From Ostrea edulis (taxonomy: Eukaryota), in NCBI RefSeq assembly GCF_947568905.1, contig NC_079171.1, positions 8,680,001 to 8,744,000 on the forward strand: 64,000 bases of DNA. Reading direction: 5' to 3'. Both the position numbers and the translations under genes were made by a program. Each line of letters begins with the position of its first letter. Position 1 is the first letter of the stretch. This document shows positions 52,340-63,640 of this stretch, in pieces. The notes under the pieces are model-generated. The model did no database searches and was not told the origin of the DNA. It saw only the letters and a program-made list of their open reading frames with translations.

Positions 52340-54208
52340 ATGGCAACATCACTAGACAGTTCTTCGATGGAGGATGTTGCATTGTGTTCTATATGTTTCG
52401 AAAAGTTCAAGTCGCCGAGGTTTTTACCGTGTACACATTCCTTCTGTCACGGTTGTTTATCTTCCTACATCGTGAGCTTGTGTAAATCTACGGAGACTCG
52501 TTTGGGATTTAATTGTCCATTATGCCGTGAGTATACGCCCAGTCCTGGCGCCTTCGATAAGCCACACGAGTGGGCGGGGCTTTTTCCTGTGAATGAAATG
52601 TTGAGGAAAATTGTAGACAAATCAGACCAATTGCTTTGTGAGCCATGCTTGAGAGAAAAAGAAGAAGAGGAGGCCTCGGACTACTGCTTTTCATGTTTAG
52701 AACATTTATGCAAAATATGTACGAAATGCCACAGGAAGAATATGTCGTCACGAGACCACAAAGTATCTCCACTAAATGAACTGAAATCGGCGAACAGAAC
52801 ATCCATTGTTGATATCTCAAACAGCTGTGCCACCCATAAGGATGAAAAGATTAGGTTATATTGCTTTGATCACGAACAGCCCTGTTGCGCAATGTGTGGT
52901 GGCATGGAGCATAGGAGATGTGAGCAGTTTGACACTATTGAAAATGCTGTACATGTTTTTAAGGAAAGTGGCAAGGTTGACTCCATTATGGATGATGTAA
53001 ACAAATTTAAAAGTAAATTAGAAAAGGCCAAAGACGAAGAAGAGAAGAATATAACGGAAATCGAAAATTCGGTTGATGAAATGATAGCAAGATCGGAAGA
53101 GGATTTTAAAACTCTTCTTGACCACTTACAGAAATTGCAACATGAACATATAGAAGAAATATCCAGTTCTCTGAAGAAAAGCAAGGAAAAATTGCAAACA
53201 TGCATAGGCACCTTAACGGATGGAATACAATGTGCAGAGTATTGCAGCAAAATGTTTGAACAAGCCCGAATCAGTGAATATGAAACGGAGTTCATAATGA
53301 AGTTTCATACGTCGAAAATAACGTATGAACATTTAAAACACGTGAATTTTTCACGAAAGCGCATCATGATTTCTGCAAAAAAGGATCCTATTTTGACGGA
53401 AATCTTGAATATGACAGCTCTCTCTGACGTTCACCATACCGAATCCTCTCGTCAACTTTATTTTGATGTTCGAACTGTAGAAATGTCTTTAATAAAGGAA
53501 TTTAGCATTGATGGGGATGTCGTGTGCGATGGTATATTTCTGTCTAATGGCACTTTTGTGATAGCGGATTACAGAGATGATGGGAAATGCATGTTTTTGG
53601 ACAAACATTGGGTCCCCAGTATATTTGGTTAAAGTCTTAAGAAACCATTTGGTTTGATAGAAAACGATGAAGAAGTTCTTGTGACTTGCAGCGGCTCAAA
53701 AAGTATTGAAGTATTTTCTTCATCAGATTTACAGAAACTTCGAAGTATTCCCATGACTGAATCAGTTTTTGGAATAACAAACCGGAGGGGTGACATATAT
53801 GTTGCGTGTGGAAAGAAAATCATTAAAATCGATAGCGTGGGTAGGATATTGAAAATATACGATGTAGAAGGGGCAAATAATGTAAATATACTTGCAACAA
53901 GCACTGGACTTATTGTGTACAGTGATTGGAAAATAGAAAAAGTGACAGCGATAACCGATCAGGGAGACATTGTCTGGAAGTATAAAAATCGTAACCTGAA
54001 ATGTCCATGTGGAATCGATCAAGACTCTGTCGGTAACATATACGTTACAGGAACAGATAGCAATAACGTCCACGTGTTGTCTGGAACCGGGGAACTTATT
54101 AGGGTGTTCGAAGACATCCCGAGCCCGACATTCTTTAAATTAAATGAAGAGAGGGGCATTATATGTGCTTTTGATATATCAAAACGCATAAGAGTGTTTG
54201 AAGTTTAA
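52340..54208 (+). pseudogene. TRIM copy 4 (divergent), in-frame TAA at 53630-53632; pseudogene or assembly error
   Basis: ORFs 52340-53632 and 53654-54208 are in the same frame (1869 nt total) and align collinearly with the paralogs across the stop. Confidence 0.85.
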
Positions 54209-54249
54209 GTTTCCCAGGAACATGACATTACATTGATTCTGAACAACAG

Positions 54250-54317
54250 TCCTATTGTATATTGTATTCCTTATAGGAGTTATGAGATTGATCGCTGTTT
54301 GTTATCTTCACCTTTCC
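54250..54317 (+). mobile_element. PLE 3' terminal fragment
   Basis: ttgtattccttataggagttatgagattgatcgctgtttgttatcttcacctttc. Confidence 0.75.
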
Positions 54318-55696
54318 TATAAAATGTTAGCTGCGCTAATGCAGCCCTCTCCGATTATTTCTTTCTTTCTTTTTGAGGGGGCTACAACTCCTTAGGATCT
54401 CCGTAATGGTGCAAATGCGAGAGTGATTCACTCCCGCAACATTTTCGATCATTTTAAACATTTGCTGACTTCCATTACGTAATTGAAATGCTATTCTCTA
54501 TTTCTTAGTCAATATATGAATTTACAACCTGCAACTTTTCGATGTATTCCAATTTCTTGATTCATATTTGTGTGCCATCTTTGATGTACTGAAGTTTCAA
54601 CTTCCAGTTGTCAAATTATTTGCATATGCCATATAAGGTAGTGTTTACATCAATGGACGAGCACGGAGGTGAAAGCGATTTCGTCGGTATTAAAATATCA
54701 AGTTAAAAAGCAACAGCAGAGTGTACGTTTCTCGGCCACCACATGATTTGTCCTTTTTTGTCGGAATGACTCAAGTAACTACATTTTCGCGCTGATTGTC
54801 AATGTTGAGGTTTTTCAGTAGATTTACTGACGAGATCTCACGATAATAAGCATGGCATAGCAAACCAAGAATCTTGAATGTTGTAAATATATTTAATTAA
54901 AAACACCTTTCTCAAACAATAATCAATCAATCATTCAAACATGCCCAAGCACAAAGTCGGTAGTATTTATTGTGTAAACAACAGCATTTGATACAAATAC
55001 AAGGATTTTATTAAAGGTTATTCATTAAAAAAATATTGGCATCATTACGAAGATCCCGTGGACTTCTAGCCCTATCCTGAAAACGTCTGAATAAAAAAGG
55101 AGAGGATTAGATTATTGCAGAATATAAAATGTCAAACAATCTATTTAAAACATTCGTTGCTCATCAAAAACACTCAGGACATAGCGAATCAAAGTTGATA
55201 TTGATAGAAATAAAACATGTGAAATTGATATTAATCTTTTTTCCCGATTTAACCTTTTCAGAATGATTATCAGGCCCTTCCCTAACCTGTAAAATATGTA
55301 ATTAAAGTGAATAAAGTATCTCTTGACTGTGTGTCAATTAACATTCAAGTGTTATTTTATGAAATTAGTCGTCACTATTTCTTGGTATTTATTTTTCGCC
55401 GAGATATTGACATTTCGTAGTTAGCCATTTACGAAATTTGTCCCTGCATTATGTTTATGCCCGGACTAAGAATGCAAGTTTTATCACTCGTGTATATACT
55501 TAGTTTTGCTCAGTCGGAAATATACGATAGAACAATCATATAGACGAAAAGTGACACTGCTTGCTGTGAAAAATACCATCAAGCCCATGACTCTTGTCCG
55601 TTCGTACCGTGTTAGAGTTGAAATATCACATCAGAACAAAACGCACGCCATACAAGTGCAAATCAGATGTTCGTTATCTCCATTTGTTCATTCTTT

Positions 55697-55747
55697 TTAA
55701 TTAACAACTACAATTAATTAACAACTACAATTAATTAACAACTACAA
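55697..55747 (+). repeat. 17-bp tandem repeat x3
   Basis: ttaattaacaactacaa x3. Confidence 0.9.
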
Positions 55748-55875
55748 TACTACAGAGAATCAAAGTTTCATATTTGTTCTTTATATCCAACATTTGAACA
55801 TATAGAAAAAAATACTATTCTAATGTTCTGCATAAACTTCACTGTTATCACAACACTGAGAGAGGAGCGCTGGGA

Positions 55876-57770
55876 TTATTTGAATTCGTACACTTTGATG
55901 TGTTTTCGATTGCTACACACGCAACATGTATTTCTCGCTTTGTTTATTTTCATAAAGTATGGTCTCGGAATGTCCTCAAAAAGTCGAATTAATTTGCCTT
56001 CACTGGACAACACATGGACATTGTCACTGGATTTACCAGCGACATAGATATTACCATCAGAGTCCGTGTCAAGGCCACACAGAAATTTAAGATGTGGACT
56101 GTCGCATTTCCACACGGTTTGACCTCCGTCTGTTACGACGTGTGTTTTTCTGTTACTGTATATTATGTGTTTTTTCGTGGCGACGATGTGCTTCACGCCA
56201 GTCTCTGCGCTGTACTCTTTCATTATTCTTTCATACTCGTTTATCTTCACGATTTTGTCATTGCATGCATAGTAAAAGTAAGCATCCTTCTTTGCTATTC
56301 CAAAGTTTTTGTGAAGACTGGTGAATATCATATTTGATGATTTGGAATAAGAGTAAAGTGATACCCTTTCAATGGATCTTGAACCGTGGCATGCCACTAA
56401 TAATTCTCGTGCCTTTTCACACAGACCGAAAGGTTCTGAAGACAAGTCAATGGATCTTGTGCACGCAAACACTTTGTTATAAAAGAAGCATTTACCATTG
56501 TTGCTCCTTTTACAACCCCGCCTTTTTGTCGACAGCCATGATAGAACGAACTCTCCATTTGATAAAAACGTACCATCACATACGCAGCCTGCATCAATGC
56601 TAAAATGATTTAATAAAGATAACTCAACTCTTCTCAGATCAGACTTGACATCAAATAGGGACTCTGAAAATACTGCACCAGGAAAACTTTCAAGATCCAT
56701 GATATCTTCCAAAATAGGATCCTTTCCTTCCTTAAGCCCTATGCGTATTTGTGTAAATTCGTAATTTTTGAGTTGTTCAAATATTTTTCTGCTTTTATAG
56801 TACTTCACAACCATATCGATGTCATCCTGACTTTTTCTACAATCCTCAATATTTCTGTAACAGTAATCTGTGCATTGAATTCCATCTGATAGCGTGTCTA
56901 TGCATTTTTCGTATTTTTCTTTATTTCTCTTTACAGCGGTAGCCATTTTTGTTAGATACTCATTTTTCAGATGCTGCAAGTGATCGATAGCAACCCGAAA
57001 TTCTCTCGTGGTATTCTCTGTAATCTGGTCTGCTTTATCATCCATTCTGTAACGAACCTTTCTTGTTCCTTCTTTGCATCTACTAATTTGTTTTCAAGAA
57101 TATGTATGTCTTCAGACAGGCTGTCGAAATTATGACTAAGAATCTCTCTGAGAGTCTCAGCAGTTTTCTTTATAGCATCAACACTTTCACATTTTCTGTG
57201 TTCCGTACTGACACACATTGCACAGCATGGCTCTTCGTGATCGTTGCAAAATAGCTCTAGTTTTCTATCCTGATGTGTTGAACACATATTTTCTCTACCA
57301 ATTCTCGGTGTAATATTCATTCCTTTCATTTTATTCACTGGTACTGTCTTATGGTCAAGTGTTGTTAGACTTCTTTTATGATATTTTGTACACAATTTGC
57401 ACAAATATTCCATGCAAAAGAAACAAAAATCGGTTGCATACTCTACTTCGCTCTGTCGTAAGCAAGTCTCGCATTGTGTTTGTTCTGATTCCTGTAAAAG
57501 TTTTCCTAATACTTCGTTTTCAGGGAAAAGTTCTGCCCACTTCTCTGGCTCACCCAAGGCATTATCAATGGGAATGTACTCACGGCATAATGGACAATTA
57601 AATCCCAAACGAGGCTCCGTAGATTTACACACATTATCAATGTAGGAAGATAAACACTTGTGACAGAAGGAATGTGTACACGGTAAAAACCTCGGCGACT
57701 TGAACTTTTCGATACATATCGAACAAAATGTAACATCCTCCGTTGTAGAGCTGTCTAGTGAAGTTGCCAT
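55876..57770 (-). pseudogene. TRIM copy 5 (most divergent, inverted), 1-nt frameshift at about 57045; pseudogene or assembly error
   Basis: ORFs 57770-56967 and 57045-55876. GAATGG would need to be GAA ATG G to give EQERFVTEMDDKADQI, which aligns with EQEINVAEIENSVDKI; 1895+1 nt is divisible by 3. Confidence 0.85.
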
Positions 57771-57787
57771 TTTTCTATCACAATTCA

Positions 57788-57799
57788 ACTTTCGCTTTC
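57788..57799 (-). promoter_or_regulatory. ISRE/IRF-E upstream of TRIM copy 5
   Basis: Minus-strand GAAAGCGAAAGT, 18 nt before the ATG at 57770. Confidence 0.65.
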
Positions 57800-59799
57800 A
57801 GTACGAATTCAGCGTACCCGTTTTAGCCTCGGCGTTATAAATTTTCCGAAACAAATGGAACACCCTGTGATGTCTGTAAATGAAATATCGATTGTAGACG
57901 TTGTCATTGCTGACAAGAAAATAAACCATAAATTCACTGCCCTTGTATATTAAGAGTCTAATGCACCGTCCTTCCCATGAGAATCATTGGACAAAACGTG
58001 CATTCACACTGATAAAAGTGCAACGAGTTATAAAACAAGTCTGTTACGTAGATCTCTGCCCGGAAGTATAGTATTCGGGAACATGGAAGCCTATGTCGGA
58101 CATAAGTAATTTAGATAGGAGATTAAAGGTTTAAATTCAATGTGACAATTAATCTCTTGATATTCCAGGATTTAAAAAAAGTCTAAATTTAGACGCACAT
58201 GCAGTCTTAAAAATTCCGGAGCTATCTATTATCATATACTTTATATTCCACACAATATAATGATACGCAAGACGCAATCTAATACACAATTACCGAGCTG
58301 CCCAAGAGTTATTTCCCTTTTTGACCTCTTACGGACGGTGAGGCGCAAAATGTTTTTGTACTCACGCGGTGGGTACAAATGCTGATCGTTGTGTTCATAT
58401 ATTGTCTAAAGGGTGATTATCAGGCGTCATGCAGCAACCCGAACTGCTGGAACACACACATTTAGTAAGTTTATGAGTATTTGATAATAAAATAGCTCAA
58501 ACAAAAATTGATAATCACCATCTTTCTTTGATAAAAGTATCACTTACATAGCAGAGGAAATAAACAATAAGTTCATATTTAATGCAATGGCGTAATTCAA
58601 ACAAAATATTCTTGATATTGTCAGTATAATGTATACCAACGGTTGATAAAAAGAAAAGAAGTAGGTACAGTTTCTACTGTCATCTGGTCCAGGAAATAGA
58701 TGAATTCAGCAGGGGTCCCAAAATCTGACATTCAAATAAGGAATATATAAGCAAATCAAAACTACGTTTAATTTGATCCGAAATTACTTTGTGTTGTATG
58801 AGAGGAGCGTGAAGTTGGCATAAAATTGCCAAAAATGCCAAAATGAATGAAAAATTTCATAAATTCAGGGTGTTTTCCCTTCAGAAAACATACAGCCCAT
58901 GTGTCGAGCAAATTCATATTCAAATACATTTTTCGCCTTCTCTTAATACACAATATATATTAATTGCATTTTGCTCGACGGATGGGGACACCTTTTCCTA
59001 AGCAATAATCTGGATCAAATTTAACAGTTATCAAACTCTTTTTGAAAAATGGCGGGAAAAACTCTTATTCATGACGTAATAATGCTATAAAATTAGAAAT
59101 AACTTCGATTTAAGTTGAGATTGTGTACTTGGCATGTATTTAACTTATTCAAAACACAGATCAAGCTTGATTCAAGACACATTTAAATCAAGAGAAATTT
59201 TTTGGGCCTTTTTATGTACACAATTGTACCTTGTTCTTTACGCTTTCATCCTTATTTAGATAGCCAGTCTATACTGTATTTATACATCTTGTACCCACCA
59301 AAGCGTTCAACAGAATACAGAACGTACCGCCATCACAAAAGAGCTGATATCTCGGAAGTTGCGTATCAAGATCAGGTCTTCTCTAACCGTTACACTGGAG
59401 ACAGATCTGACAGCATTGCATTTGAGGTCGTGTTATTGACCACCGTCTCATGAATAATTCAATAAAGATTCGACCAATAACAATAACTTGACAAATAATG
59501 AAGGACTAATCAGGAATCGTTTTACTGAAGTGTACACAAAAATTGGCATCGATCCATGAAGTGTTCAAACGAACTCCAAATATCAGCGTTAAAGGAAGAA
59601 CAAATGACGATCGTATATATTATACATCCATTATCGTTAAATATATTTTCTGTGGTATTCTAACATCGATCATGGCCGCCACCACCTTCTTCGATTATTA
59701 TCCCGTGTTTCTCGGTAATTATCGACATGCGCATGATAAATACCAAGTATGTTCCGATATAACAGGAAACTTTCACGTTGACGAGAGCCTTCATTTGAT

Positions 59800-59870
59800 A
59801 GAAAGGTGAATATAACGAACAGTGATCAATCTCATAACTCCTATAAGCAATACAGTGTAGATAGTTGGCA
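59800..59870 (-). mobile_element. PLE 3' terminal fragment
   Basis: gaaaggtgaatataacgaacagtgatcaatctcataactcctataagcaatac. Confidence 0.75.
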
Positions 59871-60030
59871 TGAGCTCACACTTAGTGTTGTTAGATCCCT
59901 CTCCAGTGTATCGGTGAGAGAGGATCTGATTTGAATCAGATTGTATCGTCACAACACTATAACAATCATCCTAGGGCACCGAGGTTAGATGAGAACAAAA
60001 CGCTGGACAAATATTGGGCCAATGTTTTTT

Positions 60031-60332
60031 GAGAATGTCGAGATTATATGTCCGAGTTAGTTGGGTTAGTATGTAACTTGACTCAACATTTAGTCGATAT
60101 TGTGAGAATGTCGAGATTATATGTCCGAGTTAGTGGGATAAGTGTGCAACTTGACTCGACATTTAGCCGATATTGTGAGAATGTCGAGATAATATGTCCG
60201 AGTTAGTCGGGTAAGTGTGCACCTTGGTTCAACATTTGGCCGATATTGTGAGAATGTCGAGATTATATGTCCGAGTTAGTGGGGTAAGTGTGTAACTTGG
60301 TTCAACATTTGGCCGATATTATGAGAGTGTCG
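60031..60332 (+). repeat. 73-bp minisatellite, about 4 units
   Basis: gagaatgtcgagattatatgtccgagttag... recurs at 60031, 60104, 60177, 60250, 60323. Confidence 0.93.
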
Positions 60333-60380
60333 CCACAGCAATCCGGAGTTACTTGGGTACACAGCTTTGACCCATCCTAA

Positions 60381-60582
60381 AAATGTGAAGATAAGAAACA
60401 ATGATCAACCTAAGAATACGAAATTAAGTGCAGGGCAAACACAGGCCGTTAGACATGCCAGAGGTGGAATTAGGTGCCTATGAGGAGAGAGTATCCCCTG
60501 TCGACCGCTTACATCCACCTTAAGCCCTATATCTTGATCAGGTTAATGGATTTATCAGTAGTCAAAATCAGTGTGTCAAGAA
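60381..60582 (-). mobile_element. Degenerate PLE 3' fragment
   Basis: gtgaagataagaaacaatgatc...ccagaggtggaattaggtgcct...gtcaaaatcagtgtgtcaagaac. Confidence 0.7.
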
Positions 60583-60727
60583 CTATATTTTTAATCACAA
60601 GTAATGAGCCAACACATTCATACATTATTTAGAATTACAATGAAACATAAAAAGGTTGGGTTTTTTTTTTTTTTACATTAATCAATGCTTTTTTTTTTAA
60701 ATACGTTGCATTTACTAAAGAATTTGT

Positions 60728-60970
60728 TCCGTGGCCGAGTGGTTACAGTATTGCGCTGAAAATCACACGGCCTCTCACCTCTTTCGGCGCGGGTTCGAAT
60801 CCCGCTCGTGCCGGTAAGCGAGAAAGTTTCCCATTTTACTTTCGAAAGGTCGGTGGTCTCTCCCCAGGTACATTGTATCTGGGTTCTCTCTTCCACCAAT
60901 AAAAACTGGGCGCCACCATATAACTGAAAAATTGTTGAGTGTGGCGGAAAACATCAAAACAATCAATCAA
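60728..60970 (+). mobile_element. Full-length tRNA-derived SINE (second family, V-SINE-like)
   Basis: A box tggccgagtgg, B box ggttcgaatcc, body ggtcggtggtctctcccc...ttccaccaataaaaactgg, (aatc)n tail. Confidence 0.8.
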
Positions 60971-61741
60971 AACAAAAAGAAGTTTATATTTTACATAAGA
61001 AATAATAACATTATCTAAAATTCTAAAGAGTGTATAGAATTAATTTATCTATATTTAACATGTGTATTCTTTCAATTAACAAAACTGTTCAAAGGAAATC
61101 TTTGTAAGTTAATGCAAGCGAAAGTGTTGAAGATCTGCAGCGTCCAAAATAAAAAATGCAAATAAATACAAAAACGTTTTATTTCTTTTCATTTACAATA
61201 ATGCGTACATGTGTAGACATGGAATTCTATACATCTTATAGACAAATAAAATACATTAAAAAAGTATATACCTGTTATAGACAAACAAAAGACATAAAAA
61301 TATATGCCTGTTATAGACAAACGGTATATACTAAATACAGTTCATCGGAATAGCAGCAATACTTCCTGTATTACATTTTGATTATACAAGTAAATATATA
61401 AAAAGCTGTCATTCATTTCTTTGCTCACACAATACTAATCCTACATACACGCTGGCGGTCTTCCGTGTGGTAGTTTTAATAGATGGATAACATTTTAACA
61501 AACATTGTTGATAGAATATGGATTGATATTGGGTTTGTTTTTTATCTCCTGATGAATGAGACAGATCTGTGATTGTGTAAAGAAAGACACACGTATTTTA
61601 TTTTGAACAGAGATTCTATGGTACATTTGTTAACTACACATTAGTTTACTTTGAATTATTGCTACTCTATGAAAGTTAAGCTATGGCTGAATTAACTCGA
61701 TACCATAATTTTTGGACACTTATTTGGAATGATTTAGCAGC

Positions 61742-62205
61742 AACATAGTAAAGCAATATTATTACGAATTCACGGTTATAACGAATTCGCAGTTATAACG
61801 AATTCACTCTCATGGAGAACTCACGCTTCTTGCGAATTCACGTTTATAACAAATTCAAGCTTATCAAGCTTATTGCGAAGTCATATTTATTCTCCTTAAC
61901 AATATTGGATATAACGAAGTTTGGTTAAAAGAAACTGTTTCTGATGGACCTGGAGGTTCGCTATAACTGTCTTCTACTGTAAAACTAGACTTTGTAGTAC
62001 TGTTTTAATGGCGCAGGAGGTTCGTTATAACTGTCTTCTATTGTATAACTAGACTTTGTCTGTAGTGCTGTTTTAATGACGCAGGAGGTTCGCTATAACT
62101 GTCTTTTACTGTATAACTAGACTTTGTCTGTAGTGCTGTTTTAATGGCGCTGGAGGTTCGCTATAACTGTCTTTTACTGTATAACAAGAGATTGTCTGTA
62201 CTACT
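61742..62205 (+). mobile_element. MITE with ttataacgaa subrepeats and a tandemly repeated 3' end (64-68 bp x about 3.7)
   Basis: ggaggttcgctataactgtcttctactgta recurs at 61952, 62016, 62084, 62152. Confidence 0.65.
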
Positions 62206-62605
62206 TACAGTGATATAATGTCCAACGTTAAGATCTGAATTTAAAATCAGTAGGATGGACATCCGAAAAAATCCAACGTTTAACATGCTTTTATCTTCAA
62301 TATCGCTTGTACATGTTTAAGATAATCATATTATATAGCTGACATATATTCTATTCATAATGTAAGCCATGTATCCCGATATTCCTACAGCACTAGAAAT
62401 ACAGACTAGCTCCTATCTAAAGTACAGCAAGTTCCCGGAATGTATGTAAAGTTAATATGTACATTATAAGTTAAATTTGTCTATACCATAACTTAGCTCT
62501 ACTTGCCGTGATCAAAAATGTGACCAACAATAAAAATTATTCGTAAAGATAAAAATATTATCCAACTCATTTGTTTTATTAAAAAAACAATCAGTTCTAC
62601 TTTTT

Positions 62606-62685
62606 AAAAATAAACCTTATCATTATCTGCTAAAAATAACCTTATCATTATCTGCTAAAAATAACCTTATCATTATCTGCTAAAA
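62606..62685 (+). repeat. 25-bp tandem repeat x3
   Basis: taaaaataaccttatcattatctgc x3. Confidence 0.9.
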
Positions 62686-63369
62686 GAAAATCTGAATCAC
62701 CTGCTTTGATAAAAAGAAACAGAGCTACAAGTTTAGATGAAAACACAGAATTACTTATTTTCATAAATAAAATCATAACGACTTATTTTCATAAAACATG
62801 CAGTCCTCTTCTGTATAAAAACAACTTATACTTGTCAATGATAGCGTGATGTAGATGCAATGTGTTAAAATATGTGAATATCAGTGTTTTTAGTTTTGTA
62901 TAGAACACGTACAGGAAGGGATTCTAGGAAGCTGGTGCTACAATTGTAAAAATTAAAGATGTCGACCATGGTCAAATATTTGATTTAATTTTCTTTTGAC
63001 AAGAACATTTGGACATGTTGCATATTTTTTGTGGTTGGGGTAATTCTGAAATCAGAATACACAAGTTGTTACATCATAAAACATAAAACTTAACTAAAAT
63101 CAAATTACGACAAACTGAACATTGTCTACATTACCAAACACTTTAAGTGTATCTGTATTCCAGTTCTATTTGAGCAAAATGAGTTTAATGCCCAATATAT
63201 AATCACCAATATGAACAATTATCAATTTGTGTCTGGTAGTTTCTGTCTAATTAGAGGTATACTTTAATATTCTACAAGTAGGTAGCTTCCTTAAAAAATC
63301 AAACAAAATTTCCTTCCAGTTTAGAAAATGTAAATATACAATAAAAACACCTTTATAATAATTTCAAAC

Positions 63370-63640
63370 TTACAGTAAAGCACAATTACATCAAACACTC
63401 TTATAATGAATTCACGTTTACAGCGAAGTGACTTTTATTTCCCGTAATTTTTAAATTGTGCTATAAATTTCTGAGGTATAACAAATCACGTTTATAATGA
63501 ATTGAAATTGTTCATCCCCAGTAATTAATTACAAGTATGTTTTACTATAAAAGTGTTCGCCCTAGCACTTCACTATTATAAGCATGTTTTACTGTAATTG
63601 TTCACCTTAGCACTTCACTATAAGTATGTTTAACTGTATT
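63370..63640 (+). mobile_element. Related MITE copy, also with a repeated 3' end
   Basis: tacagtaaagcac...ttataatgaattcacg...tgttttactata followed by two more gttc.cc.tagcacttcacta...gttttactgta units. Confidence 0.55.
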
